From IMG/VR virus record IMGVR_UViG_3300024284_000007, positions 1 to 64,000 of that record: a stretch of DNA of 64,000 nt. The stretch is one strand, 5' to 3'. Position 1 is the first letter of the stretch; each line of letters starts with the position of its first letter. The translations under genes and the position numbers were made by a program. The DNA is from a virus. Its lineage: Duplodnaviria; Caudoviricetes. Under the pieces are notes generated by a model. The model did no database searches and was not told the DNA's origin. It saw only the letters and a program-made list of their open reading frames with translations. Positions 1 to 10,888 of the stretch are shown in pieces.

Positions 1-475
1 AGCACAGGAGATGATGTGGGGATTTTCTCACATGAGTCATCTCTGACCTGCGGTTTTACTAAGGTTGCTGATGATCTTGATGTTTTTTTTATTTTCCTTT
101 TTCTTTTTTTCAGTTCAAAAGACCCCCCCCCCCCCCCCCCGGGGGGCAGGACGGTGTTTTGCCAGCCGGATCTGTCCCGGAGCGCTGTTCTCGCTGCATG
201 CTAGAAGCTGCGGCAGGAACTCACTACCGCCAGCTTATGGTTCTGCGCCATCCCGTACCAGGTCTGCCTTGAATCCGGGCTGAGCATTCAGCTCTGGTTG
301 ACGTGGGGTTTACCGTTGGCACGGTGCCCTTACCCGGACGCTGACCGGGAGGTTTGGTATCGCAGTTCCACCGGGAGCGTGCTCCTGGGCCTTTGACCCT
401 CTGCGGGCGTTACGACTACGCCATTGACGCCGATCCTGTTGACGGGTAGGATGGACCCTAGGTTGTAGGCTGATT

Positions 476-523
476 AAATTGTAATGGCGCGCTTACTTGA
501 TTGCAAGCGCGCCATTACAATTT
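476..523. terminator. 19-bp perfect inverted repeat (hairpin; probable terminator of the leftward operon)
   Basis: AAATTGTAATGGCGCGCTT-N10-AAGCGCGCCATTACAATTT, just downstream of the last minus-strand ORF (543..788). Confidence 0.6.
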
Positions 524-542
524 GTAGGATCATACAAATGGC

Positions 543-2740
543 TTACAGGATTTCCTTCAGTCCCCTGATCGCCCCGTCACGGATGACCAGCTTCCATCCC
601 CCTGCCTGCACCGTCCAGTCCAGCTCGGGGACTTCGAGGGGGACAGGCGGACCGCAGGCGGGATAGACAGGACAGGGAGGCATCCCGTAGTCCCACGGCC
701 TCCCTGGTCCCAGCTTTATGTTCCCGCCGTTCCACAGGTCATCCAGGGCTGCGGTGATCATCTCCTGCGTCAGGTAGCCGCCGGTCATTCCCTCACCTTC
801 CAGTAGGTCCGCCCGTCCTCCGTCACGACATACGGCAGGCAGCTTTCCTCATCGCAGCAGGGCTGCATGATGAACCTGTCGACATGAAGCCACTGCGTCG
901 CGGGATTCCCGCAGGAGCAGTGCCTGCCTTTCAGGGAGCAGGGGTCGCAGAAGACCCTGGCTCTCCTTGTCTCGCAGTCAGGACAGGTCATTTCATATTC
1001 CACTGGATAGAGGTGAACTCCGGGGTCCGGATGGGAGTGAGATCCCCGCAGGCGATGCACTGGAACTGCCCGCCGGAGACAGTCTCCGTTTCCTTATCGG
1101 CGGTCCAGGTTACCCGGAAGCCTATGTTCTGGCACTTGCGGCAGAAGGAGTGGAACGTAGTGGCTTGATCCGGCATGCGGGACATCCTGGGTCACTCGGA
1201 GGGGACAGGTAGTTCAGCTCGCAGGAAGGGCAGGCAGTCATGTAATACCCCCTGGAATCGCTCCTGCTCCACGGAGACGCCATGTCACAGGCCCTGCGCT
1301 GGTTCCTCCTGCCTCTCGCGGGAATCCAGTCCTGGCGCTTCTGGCAGTGGCTGACCTTCAGTCCCGCAGGAGGCAGGCACCCGAAGCAGGGTGCGGTGAT
1401 GATCATGCAGGAGCAGTCCACGTCATTCCCTCCGTTTTCCCGGCGTAAGTCCAGGTGTCTTCCGCATCGCAGCCCTCGCCGTCGAAGCCGGGGCATGCCC
1501 AGATGGTACTGGTGTAGCCGCTGACGCTGCCCTCCCGGGGCTTCATCTCCCCGTGAAGAGGGCACCGGGGAAGGTAGGGCTTGCAGTACAGGTCCGCCCA
1601 GGTCACCCGCATCTCGCCAGGACCTCCTCGAAGAGCCCCTCGATGGTCTTGCCCCGCATCTCCCGGGTCCGGATGATGATCTTTCCCGGGCATCTTTTGC
1701 ACCCGAACGAGTACAGCAGGTCCTCCTTCGGGCGCAGGACGCTTGTCCGCGTGGGAGCGGTCAGCATCTGCAGGTGGTGATCGCAGCCAGGGGTGAATTC
1801 TTTGCTCATTTCTTCTCCTCGGTCGTGAAGGGGTGGCAGGCGCAGTTCCCGAGAGGGAAGCAGGTCACCTTGACGCCTGTCCCAATATGATGCCGCAGGG
1901 TCTGCAGCCCTCCCGCCCAGCCTTCCCAGAAGCTGGCGAGACCGCTGTTCCCGGCACTGTCTTCCATGTCAGATTCCTTGTCCGCCTCTTTTTCCATGGA
2001 TCTCATCAGGGCAAGGGCGTCATCGAGAGAATAACCCGTCAAGGCTCAGTCCTTTCAGCCCGGATTTCACCAGCGACTGCACGGTCTCCCCGTGGAGCGG
2101 GCAGTCCCGGTAGGCGGTGAAGATGAATCCGAACGAAGTGGTGAACTCGACGGCATCAGGCTCGATTCTCATCTTGCCGAGGACGCACTTGCAGCGGGGG
2201 TCCTTGTTCGGGATGGGGGTCACCAGCAGCACCTGCACTCGCAGGAAGCGCACAGCAGCTGCCCGCAGACCAGGATGTGAGATGTGCAGGGGCACTCCCT
2301 CGTCGCGGGAACGCCGCACCGGCATCTCAGCACCGAGTGCCGGGGACAGGGATCCTCGTTGGTGCACACTCCGATCCACGCGATGCCGAATCCGCAGTCG
2401 GTCATCATTCTCCTTCGCAGGGCAGTGCCAGCGGGCTATCCGGCTTGAAGGCGCAGAAGACGCACTGGTACTCCCAGCATATCCTGCACCGCCAGCCGGG
2501 GTTATGCGGGTCAGCCCCGTCCTCGGTCATCTCGGTGTCGTGAGAAGGATGCAGGGGAACTCCCCGGGTGTTATCGATCATCTGTCCCTGTATTCCCATG
2601 GTACGCGGGGAATAGCAACGCGCTTCTTCCCGCAGTGCCTGCACGTCTCCGGGTACTGCGGGGGATACGAGGTCAGCACGATATTCTCCCGCTCGAAGCA
2701 GTGCCCGCCGTTGCGGACGCATTCTTCCTCGGTCACCTGT
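543..2740 (-). other. Run of about 8 tightly packed short hypothetical ORFs, mostly Cys/His-rich (e.g. 543..788, 785..1060, 1603..1809, 1806..2042, 2220..2408)
   Basis: Overlapping stop/start junctions and GGAG-type RBS; CxxC motifs; individual starts uncertain. Confidence 0.6.
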
Positions 2741-2764
2741 TCTCCCCCTCTGTATCGTAGATCC

Positions 2765-3991
2765 TCAGAAAGGACACCAGCCGTCGCTTGCGTCACCAGG
2801 TGATACGTCACCAGGTGACGTATCGGACATCTTCCGCATCCACAGGTTCTCCCTGCCCCTGCCGTCGATGCATTCCGCCAGCCCTTCCGCGAGAAGGGCA
2901 TTGAGCGCCTGGCTGACCGTGGTGCGCTTGAGGTAGAAGCCATCCTTGTCATGCACCAGCTCGTTGATCTCGTGGTAGCCCTTGGGAACCCCGTCGAGAA
3001 CGGAGTAGACGGCGCGCTTGCTGGGGGAACCGGAGACCTCGCTGGGAGCATCTTCTGCTTCCTCCTGCCGGAACTGCGGGTCGATGACCCCACCGCCGGT
3101 ACCCACGTTCACCCGCCAGTTGCGCGGGAGGTGACCTCTCCGGTCCTTGGAGATGATCACCTTGAGGTCGCCGTCCTGCTGCCGGGTGAAAGGGGTGACC
3201 ATCTCCACCTTGATCTGCACGTCGAGAGCTGCGAGCTTAGCACCGGAACCCCTCGCGTAGCGAGACGCCTCGCTGGACTTGGTGTCGTGGTCTATCACGA
3301 GGACGGCAGCCCCGATGTCCCTGGCGACGGGAGTGAGAACGCGGCTCCACCAGTTGGTGACGGCGGGAGCGGAATTCTCATCCAGCCCAGCCCTGGCAAG
3401 GAACGCGGCGGAGCTGTCGATGAGCATCATGGCGGGCTTGATCTCCTTGGAGAAGCTCATCAGCTCCCCGATGTCATCATCGTCCCAGGACCTTCCCGGG
3501 AAAGGGACGTAGGTCATGAACTCCAGCTCGTCGTGAGAGACCCCTAGCGCGGTCATCTTCTCCACGACGATATCCTCACCTCCTTCCTCATCGAGGAAGA
3601 TGACGGGCTTTCCCTCCCTGAGCAGCTTCACCGCCCAGAACAGCGCCAGCGTGGTCTTGCCGCAGTCGGGAGCACCGGCTATGGAATGCAGCCCCCCCTC
3701 ATAGAGAAGCCCGTCACAGAGCAGCACAGGGGCGGGAACACCCCTTCTCGACGTCTCTGCGAGGGAGACAGTCCGGTATGGCCTCACGCTTCCTCCTGTA
3801 ATCGGTCCCCTGCCGTTGAGCTTCGCCAGTTCGAGGGCGGTCTCGAAGAAAGGACCCAGTGTCCCGCAGCGGTCACAGCTTCCCGCCGGACCCAGCGGCA
3901 TCGGCATGTACCCGTTGATCTCCGTCGAGCAGGCGCAGAGAATCCCGCCCAGGGACCTGACCAGCTCTTCCTGCTCATTGAGGCTACTCAT
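2765..3991 (-). CDS. RepA-like/AAA_25 P-loop ATPase (putative replicative helicase)
   Basis: Walker A GAPDCGKT, Walker B MLIDS, VLVIDHDTK and ARGSGAKLA motifs typical of RecA-fold RepA helicases. Confidence 0.8.
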   Translation of the reverse strand: MSSLNEQEELVRSLGGILCACSTEINGYMPMPLGPAGSCDRCGTLGPFFETALELAKLNGRGPITGGSVRPYRTVSLAETSRRGVPAPVLLCDGLLYEGGLHSIAGAPDCGKTTLALFWAVKLLREGKPVIFLDEEGGEDIVVEKMTALGVSHDELEFMTYVPFPGRSWDDDDIGELMSFSKEIKPAMMLIDSSAAFLARAGLDENSAPAVTNWWSRVLTPVARDIGAAVLVIDHDTKSSEASRYARGSGAKLAALDVQIKVEMVTPFTRQQDGDLKVIISKDRRGHLPRNWRVNVGTGGGVIDPQFRQEEAEDAPSEVSGSPSKRAVYSVLDGVPKGYHEINELVHDKDGFYLKRTTVSQALNALLAEGLAECIDGRGRENLWMRKMSDTSPGDVSPGDASDGWCPF

Positions 3992-4376
3992 CAGCCGCCT
4001 CGATGAGGATCACCATCTGACCTCCCGGAACGATATGATCACCGGGAATGAATTCCAGGCTCCGCACTACCTTGTCATTGTCATCGGTCCACACCCCCGC
4101 GTCAGTCAGCCCGTCGAGAGCCGCCTTGGAGCTGTGGAACAATACGTTAGAGGAATCCCGCCGCTGCTTGTTCGGGGGATAGTAGATGACCTGGACCCTG
4201 ACCTTCTCCATTTGCGGGATCCTGGCTTTCTTCGCAAGGTCGCAGGCTTGCTGCCGGAGAATGGCGGTCACCTTCGCGCGGGCAAAGCGGTTTCCTGCGC
4301 TCACGGCGTACTTGGAAGACCTGCCGTTGGCGTTGATCAGCTTGACGCCAGGAGGGAATTCGAGTCTATAGGTCAC
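3984..4376 (-). CDS. rusA: RusA-like Holliday junction resolvase
   Basis: RRDSSN...KAALDGLTDAGVWTDD acidic motif pattern. Confidence 0.75.
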   Translation of the reverse strand: MTYRLEFPPGVKLINANGRSSKYAVSAGNRFARAKVTAILRQQACDLAKKARIPQMEKVRVQVIYYPPNKQRRDSSNVLFHSSKAALDGLTDAGVWTDDNDKVVRSLEFIPGDHIVPGGQMVILIEAADE

Positions 4377-4732
4377 ACGCCTCGCTCATGGTCGGTCATC
4401 TCAATTTGCAAGCAGATCTCATCCTGGGCATCCAGGTCGTCGTAGGAGACATAGGCATAGTGAGGACTGTCGGACTCCAGCGTCTCCATGTTCAGCCACA
4501 CGTGCTGGTACAGCTCTTCCAGCAGCTCCTGCCTGGTCTTTATCACGACATCTCCTCCAGGATCTCCCTGACCCGCCGCTCGAAAGACAGGGCCGCGTCA
4601 TTGTCATCGAAGGTCACCGAGATATCCACGTCGAACGGGGGGACGGGATCCTGGGCAAGCCGGTCCCCGCTCAGGAAGTACAGCGGGTGCCAGCTCCGGA
4701 CGATCTGAACGGACCATTTCACCAGGTGAGTA

Positions 4733-5020
4733 TCAGAACTCATATTTCACCTCTCCCGGAACAGGAATATCCTCAGGATTCTCCCAGGAATGCACGAGCC
4801 AGCCCAGCTCGTAGGATTCTGCGGGATGGGCGTGGATCCAATTATGGCACCTGCGGCACAGCGAGACCAGGTTCGCCATGCCGCATTCGCGATCATTATC
4901 GGAGGTCCCGCCCATGCCCTTGGCTTTCCTGTGATGACAGTCCGTGGCGGGACGGAAGCATCTCCTGCACATGCCCTCGTCGCGGAGGAAGCAGGCTTGC
5001 TTAGCCGCTTTCCAGTTCAC
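4733..5020 (-). CDS. Small HNH endonuclease
   Basis: RD..MCRRC...ATDCHH...ANLVSLCRRCHNWIH. Confidence 0.85.
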   Translation of the reverse strand: MNWKAAKQACFLRDEGMCRRCFRPATDCHHRKAKGMGGTSDNDRECGMANLVSLCRRCHNWIHAHPAESYELGWLVHSWENPEDIPVPGEVKYEF

Positions 5021-5570
5021 TCACCTCATCCCCCCATGACATCCATCCCTCGCGGGGGTATCGTGCGAACAGCTCAAGACGGGGACCCGGGGAGCAGGAC
5101 TCGATGACCTCATACAGTTCGTCCGGCTTACGGGAATGCTCCCGCTTGCGCGTCTCGATGATGTTCACCTGCCTCCTCCCGGGGGAAAGAGTCCGCATCG
5201 ACCCGCGTACCCCGAACAGCACCAGCTCCGTGGTATTGCGGAAGTAGAACCCCACCCCCCTGCCGTCCGGACCCCCGTCCTTGCGGCGCTTCGCCCAGAC
5301 CAGGTGCGAGACGTACCGGAATCCCCATGCGCCCATGACCTGCAGCGCATCAGGAAGAAGGGCATTAGGGGACCACAGGTAGAGGTGGGAATTTCCTGCC
5401 GCGACCTCCGCGACCGGCAGGCTGCAGATATCCAGTACGGACATGGTGGCATATCTCCTGAGCCTGCCGTGCTCGGGAGATACCTTGCCAGTGCGATGGG
5501 TAAAGCGCCAGGGGGGGTCTGCCAGGATGCAAGCCCAGCCTCCGTCAGTTTCAGGAAGGGCTGTCATCAA
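5001..5570 (-). CDS. MT-A70 family N6-adenine methyltransferase
   Basis: ILADPPW catalytic motif, LYLW, GFRY...WAK, GVGFYFRNTTELVLFG, REHSRKP, LELFAR. Confidence 0.9.
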   Translation of the reverse strand: MMTALPETDGGWACILADPPWRFTHRTGKVSPEHGRLRRYATMSVLDICSLPVAEVAAGNSHLYLWSPNALLPDALQVMGAWGFRYVSHLVWAKRRKDGGPDGRGVGFYFRNTTELVLFGVRGSMRTLSPGRRQVNIIETRKREHSRKPDELYEVIESCSPGPRLELFARYPREGWMSWGDEVSELESG

Positions 5571-5726
5571 TTCGAGAGCTGCCTGATCCTGGCGACGATG
5601 GCATGAGCCAATTCGATTTCCTCGATAGGGATGTCATCCTCAGACTCGACCGCCGCGAGCCAGTCAGACAGGTCTTCCGGACCCACAAGCCTTCCGTCCG
5701 GGAAAGTCAGAACGACATCCACGAGG

Positions 5727-5993
5727 TCATTCATCCAGCCACTCCCAGAGAGTGCCGTACTCACTATGCCCGTGGACTTTCACCAGGTCCGCGAGAGAAC
5801 TCCACAGGGAATGACTGCGGAATTCCGTCAGCCACCTGACGCAGACCGTGCCGTCCGAGAAAACCACGCCCTCGAACTGGACCTCCTCCGGCGGGTTTGC
5901 GGTACCGCTTTCGAGATAGCCCTCCGGCGGATTTGGACGGTAGACCTTGAAGCGCCTCATGATTCTCCTTCTACGGTATGCGAGACCTTGCAC
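5727..5993 (-). CDS. Hypothetical phage protein
   Basis: ORF in operon; QFEGVVFSDGTVCVRW motif; start uncertain. Confidence 0.55.
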   Translation of the reverse strand: MQGLAYRRRRIMRRFKVYRPNPPEGYLESGTANPPEEVQFEGVVFSDGTVCVRWLTEFRSHSLWSSLADLVKVHGHSEYGTLWEWLDE

Positions 5994-6036
5994 CAGGTGG
6001 TATCGGGGAGGTATCCCTCCGGGACCTTGTAGCTCT

Positions 6037-6480
6037 TCAGGTCACGTACTCGCGCCAGGGGATGAACTTCCCCTCCTGCCAGAATCCCCAGCCGCTCCTG
6101 CGGGGACCGGTAAGGACCAGGGTCCACAGAGGGTCAGGGCTGATGCCGGTGATCATGTGCGCAGCTTCCCTGCCCAGTCTCGCGAGGCACCAGCGCTGGT
6201 GATAGCGCAGCTCATGTTCCGCCGGGTTCTTCTTGTCCGGGAAGACCTTCTCCGTATACCCCCCCGCCACCACGAGGGAGATGAATGCCCATGGATGGTC
6301 ATGCGGGTCCCGGTCGCGGTCCTCCCGGTGGATATGGTGCAGGTATACCCCGAACAGCGGGGTCTGGATAATGCGCAGCCGGTCCAGATAGGGGTCCCTG
6401 CCTGCCCCTATGTCCTCTCCTTGCAGGAATGCCCACGGCTTCCGGTCCCCGGGTTTCCCGTCCTGGGTCTTCTCGGTCAT
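6037..6480 (-). CDS. Cupin-fold phage protein
   Basis: LHHIHREDRDRDPHDHPW..ISLVVAGGYTE...H.I...WTLVLTGPR. Confidence 0.65.
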   Translation of the reverse strand: MTEKTQDGKPGDRKPWAFLQGEDIGAGRDPYLDRLRIIQTPLFGVYLHHIHREDRDRDPHDHPWAFISLVVAGGYTEKVFPDKKNPAEHELRYHQRWCLARLGREAAHMITGISPDPLWTLVLTGPRRSGWGFWQEGKFIPWREYVT

Positions 6481-8489
6481 CGCGGCACCTCGCAGACATC
6501 ATTGGCGCAATACATCTCACCCTCCGCCTCGGGGAGATCGGGGCTGCCGTAGAGGGCATCCCAGTCGATGGGCTTCACATTCTCCCGCAGCTTGGTCCAG
6601 GTGTCACGGCTGACACGCTGATACGGGGCTTGTTCGTAGGTTCCCTCCGCCATCGGGAGAAAGGAGATGGACTTGAGCTGACCGTCGTAGGCACGGAGGA
6701 TGGCAGGGATCTCCTTCGCCTCATCTTCAGAGAAAGTCACCGTACAGCTAACGGAGTTATCGCTCCAGAATTTTTGAGCCTGAGCCGCCAGCGCAACCTT
6801 TTCCCAGGCGCTTACCTGATGCTCAGCCCTCATTTCAGGTCCCTCGACCGGAAGATAGATGACGACGGTACTGTCCGGATCCGAGACACTCGGCTCGATC
6901 TTGTAACCGGCATCTTCCATGGCTTTCGCGAACGGGGAATCCTTCATCTCTCGGATTGTGCGAACATAGTAACCAGACTCGCGAGGCCAGTGCACGCCGG
7001 GAGTGACTCCCCACAGGAGGGAGACGGTACCGCTCGGCTTTACCGTGGAGACCCGGATGCTCTCTCTCACGCCCAGCCACTCGCTGTAAACTTTGTCCCA
7101 CTTACGGATCTCCTTGTATCCGGCATCCTGCCAGCGCCGGAGTTCCGCCCAGCCGTGAGACTCGGCAAACTGGGACACTCCGGTCATTGAAACGCCGATT
7201 CTCCGGTTGCGGGTCATGACCTCGTTCGACTCGCCCCACTGAACAGGGAGCAGGGTCACGGATTTTGAAAACAGAAATGCAAATTTGAGAACGCGGAGAT
7301 AATCCTGCAAACTATCGCACCTAGTCGGGAATGTCTCTACCAGATTGCATTTCTCGAAACTTTCCAGTGGGATTTCCCCGCAAGGATTTGATCCCATTGT
7401 CCGGTATTCTTTATGATCCGGCGGGTCGGCAAGCCGTCCGTAATCCCTGACGATATCCAGCCAGAAGATACCAGGCTCTCCATTGAGAATGATTCGCGGA
7501 ACAAGGTGAGAATAATCCCCGCCGCTTTGCGCGATTACCGAATTATTTGACAAATGCCCGTAACCATCAAGGCCATTCCTGACGGGATTCTTCCGGTAAT
7601 CCTTGAGATCCAGGAAGTCTTCATCGTCGGGAAGTCCCAGGGCGATTTCTGCGCTCCTCCTGACATTAGCGCTGACGACGCATTTTCCGAGCATATTATT
7701 CACATCCACGATATCGGTAGACGTGAGGACCTGCCCTCCTCGCTTTCCGAGGAGAGCTATGAGCTGAGCATGCACCTTCACCAGCGGAGCGGGACCGCTG
7801 GCGACGCCTCCGAATCCGTGTATCGGGGAACCGGCAGGGCGCACCTTGCTGTAATCGAAGACGGGAAGCCTGCGATTAGGGAGAAGGAATGCCCGGAGCA
7901 GGTTCGCTACTGATTCCGCCCAGCCTTCCCTACTGTCCGCGATCAGGTGAGGAACGCAGCCCTCCGGTTCGTGCAGAGTGAGCTTACCTGCTCCGAGAGT
8001 ATCGAATCCGACTCCGATTCCCAGCATGCTCTCAGTCATCAGCCGGGCGAAAGGCAGACTCGGATCATCCATGCCTGCAATCTGCGACGTGGAAATAAAC
8101 GAGCAGTTGTAGAGCGCACTTCCGTCGCGCTTTCCATTGACCATTTCCGTACCGCACATCCAGAGACCGCGACCTGGCGGTGACCACTTCCCGGCGAACG
8201 CCAGGGTATAAGCCTCCTGCGCGGAAGCCTGTGCGATGTCGTTACTCCAGGGCAGGCGGTTGTGTATGGCGTGATCGTACTGGATGCTGTAGAAACCCTC
8301 CGTCACCCGGCGGAGTCCTTCGTAAAACCTCTCGCGAGTTCCATCTTCCTTGCGCCTGGCATATTTGCTAACCCAGCTCTGCTCGCCCAGGCTGTTGCCT
8401 GCCCCGATCGGGAACCCCCAGTCGGGACGCTTGTCACGATACTGATTGACGAATTCATCCTGAAGACGGAAACTAAGCCATCCTGTCAC
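6477..8489 (-). CDS. nrdJ: Class II (AdoCbl-dependent) ribonucleoside-triphosphate reductase
   Basis: WSPPGRGLW, NCSF, NVRRSAEI, GSNPCGEIPL..KCNLVE, TVKPSGTVS, C-terminal CANDVC; GTG start after AAGGAG RBS. Confidence 0.93.
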   Translation of the reverse strand: MTGWLSFRLQDEFVNQYRDKRPDWGFPIGAGNSLGEQSWVSKYARRKEDGTRERFYEGLRRVTEGFYSIQYDHAIHNRLPWSNDIAQASAQEAYTLAFAGKWSPPGRGLWMCGTEMVNGKRDGSALYNCSFISTSQIAGMDDPSLPFARLMTESMLGIGVGFDTLGAGKLTLHEPEGCVPHLIADSREGWAESVANLLRAFLLPNRRLPVFDYSKVRPAGSPIHGFGGVASGPAPLVKVHAQLIALLGKRGGQVLTSTDIVDVNNMLGKCVVSANVRRSAEIALGLPDDEDFLDLKDYRKNPVRNGLDGYGHLSNNSVIAQSGGDYSHLVPRIILNGEPGIFWLDIVRDYGRLADPPDHKEYRTMGSNPCGEIPLESFEKCNLVETFPTRCDSLQDYLRVLKFAFLFSKSVTLLPVQWGESNEVMTRNRRIGVSMTGVSQFAESHGWAELRRWQDAGYKEIRKWDKVYSEWLGVRESIRVSTVKPSGTVSLLWGVTPGVHWPRESGYYVRTIREMKDSPFAKAMEDAGYKIEPSVSDPDSTVVIYLPVEGPEMRAEHQVSAWEKVALAAQAQKFWSDNSVSCTVTFSEDEAKEIPAILRAYDGQLKSISFLPMAEGTYEQAPYQRVSRDTWTKLRENVKPIDWDALYGSPDLPEAEGEMYCANDVCEVPR

Positions 8490-9024
8490 AGTACTCCTTG
8501 CGAGCATTGATGAGATTGAAAGCAAATGCCAGCAGATCATCGCCTGACATGTCGCCTTTACGGAGATTGCATTGCATGCAGATAACCCAGATGTTATCTA
8601 TGGTGTAACCCAGAGAAGGATCCCATTTATCCAGGGAGGGACTATCCATTCTCTGCTTTCCGTCACCGCTTATCATCTGGCAACCGCAGACGGGGCAGCT
8701 TTCGGGAATAAGGATATCTTCTTTGGTGATTGAAAAAGGAAGAGACTGCTTCCTGGCCCGGTCACGAGAGTTATAGAACATTGAAACTTCAAGGTGCCTC
8801 TTCAGCCATGCACTGCGAGTAGCTTTCGCCTTCTCGGTTTTCTTGTGCAGCCTCTCGGCGGCGCGTCTGCATTCATTGCACCATGGATGAAAGCCATCTG
8901 CTCTTTTCTTGTCACGACCAAAGGCGTCAATAGGTTTGCCCTCAGGGAACTTATCCTTGCAACGACTGCATATCTTCAGTCCCGTGACAGGGTTAAAATG
9001 CCCTTCACCTCTCTTGTTTTTCAT
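8473..9024 (-). CDS. Free-standing HNH-type (homing) endonuclease abutting nrdJ
   Basis: CSRC/WCNEC, CPVCG, PSLDK.DPSLGYT.DNIWVICMQCN.RKG; lower GC than flanks. Confidence 0.8.
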   Translation of the reverse strand: MKNKRGEGHFNPVTGLKICSRCKDKFPEGKPIDAFGRDKKRADGFHPWCNECRRAAERLHKKTEKAKATRSAWLKRHLEVSMFYNSRDRARKQSLPFSITKEDILIPESCPVCGCQMISGDGKQRMDSPSLDKWDPSLGYTIDNIWVICMQCNLRKGDMSGDDLLAFAFNLINARKEYCDRMA

Positions 9025-9419
9025 GTTTCCCCGACACCAGACAAGCTGATGAGCGCCTTCTCGCGTGACAATAGACTGCGCCCGATCTCGATGCGTTTGT
9101 GAATGGCACTGAGATTCGCCTGCTGGGTCCTCACCCGGGCCTTAGCCCGCTGCCATTCCAGGTAAGCCTCCTGGGAGTCCAGCCGGTATGAGGTAGTAAC
9201 GATCCTCGCCTGCGCCTTGCGGACCTCCACGCTGCCTCCTGAGGCTTCCAGGAAGCACTTGTCCAGCTCGTCATCGAAGGCTGATTCCTTGATCCGGTAA
9301 TGCCCCTCGGCATCGACGGCTTCCTCCTCGTACTGCCCGAGGTTCTTGACTTCATCATCTAGATCCCGTCCCAGCTGTGCCAGCTGGCGTGCCAGTACCT
9401 CGGCATCGAAGGATGTCAT
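9021..9419 (-). CDS. Hypothetical helical protein
   Basis: ORF coupled to both neighbours. Confidence 0.6.
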   Translation of the reverse strand: MTSFDAEVLARQLAQLGRDLDDEVKNLGQYEEEAVDAEGHYRIKESAFDDELDKCFLEASGGSVEVRKAQARIVTTSYRLDSQEAYLEWQRAKARVRTQQANLSAIHKRIEIGRSLLSREKALISLSGVGET

Positions 9420-10159
9420 GTCACCTTCCTCAGGACAGTTTCCGAGCAGTCATGGATCCAGGAGTACAGCTGCCTGCATGCCAAAAAGGCTTTCCAGCTC
9501 TCCTCCACGTGATCGATTTCCGCGATGTGCCAAGAACGGGGGCGGATATGAACTGCCGCGAGGGCGTCAACCTGCGGGATCTCCAGCTCCTCTCCCTCGT
9601 CGGTGAGAATGAAGTCCGCCATGGCAAGAGCGCTGAGCTGAAGGGCAACGTCTGAATGCAGATTACGCCCGCTCTTGAAATCGATTATGAAGGTCCTGTC
9701 CTTCATTATGCAGATGGCATCAGCGGTTCCGGCATAGCCATGTTTCCTGCTCCAGACGGTAACCTCTGAGTGCGAGAACTCCGGTTGCCTGTCCATCATG
9801 AACGAGATGTAGGAGTTCATGTAGGGATTCGTTTCCTTCGCGGGCTCGCAGGGTTCTCCTTTAATCCAGTTCTCGATCATGGCATGCACTTTCGTCCCGA
9901 GATCCCGCGCCTTGCCCCATTCCCGGTCGGAAGCATAGCGGATCAGCTCTACCCGCTCCCAGGAAGGCATCCGGCTCAGCTCCTCCCAGTTCTCGGCAGC
10001 GTATTTCCCCGACAGCCCGGTCGCCGCCTTGGTCAGGAAAGGCTTCCCGATGCCCTCTTTCATGATCGTGGTGACGCTCGGGGCTCTCTCGTCGGTGACG
10101 GGATGTACGTAAAGGCGAGAACCGTCAGGCTGCTCGACGGCAAGTGCAGGGCCGGTCAT
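9416..10159 (-). CDS. PD-(D/E)XK (Cas4/RecB-like) exonuclease
   Basis: PSVTTI, GTKVH, YAGTAD...IIDFKSG, QLSA motifs. Confidence 0.85.
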   Translation of the reverse strand: MTGPALAVEQPDGSRLYVHPVTDERAPSVTTIMKEGIGKPFLTKAATGLSGKYAAENWEELSRMPSWERVELIRYASDREWGKARDLGTKVHAMIENWIKGEPCEPAKETNPYMNSYISFMMDRQPEFSHSEVTVWSRKHGYAGTADAICIMKDRTFIIDFKSGRNLHSDVALQLSALAMADFILTDEGEELEIPQVDALAAVHIRPRSWHIAEIDHVEESWKAFLACRQLYSWIHDCSETVLRKVT

Positions 10160-10888
10160 GGATCTTCTTCGCGGAGATTGCAGTCCGGAATACATTCCGT
10201 CCCGCAGGCGAAACAGGACCCGCAGTCAGCGCAAGGATAATGCCCGTCGTCATAAGTCATGTGCACTGCCTGTCGCAGCCGGAGCAGATATAGCCATCAT
10301 CGAGAGCGCAAACTTCCCCGCCGCAGTCGTAGCAGTACATCGAGCCGTTCCACCATCCGTAGTACCAGTCCAGGTCCATGCCGGGAAGCTTGTCCTGGAT
10401 CCATTCGATACCTGCCATCTCACTCATCTCCAGGGTCCGCGCGGATCCTTGCCCGGGCCGCCTGGCTCGGTAGTACGCAGCGTGACGCGCCACAGCGGCT
10501 GCCGGGGCATGCCGTGATCCAGGTCCCAGTGCCGGGACAGTTCCTGGACGCGGAAACCCTGGGCTTCCAGCAGCCACACTGCCCACAGCCCGGCGTGGTC
10601 ATCGCCGTGGAACAGGATCTCCGGTGCCAGGCAGGTATGCCCCGGTCCGCCCTGGCAGGAGCTGAACGTGCTGATCTCGTAGTCAGCGAGCGCGTGCAGC
10701 GCCCTGGCGATACCGGGATCGATGTCATCCCAGGGAATCTCAGTCATCAAGGTCATCCTGCCCGCAGGTCTCGCAGATCCAGCAGCCCTCGCCGTCAGAG
10801 CGGAGCTTCTCGTCCTCGTAAATGGCATCCCCGCAGTAGTCGCACTCGCTTTGCCATCTGGCGGTAACCCACGGTCCGAAGCTACTCA

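Noticed and set aside
123-146. Poly-C tract as a phase-variation or DGR signal
   Set aside because: Not within a recognisable gene or promoter, and no RT or TR/VR pair in the window.
6477-8489. Intein or intron in nrdJ
   Set aside because: Continuous ORF of normal length, with no C/S...HN intein termini.
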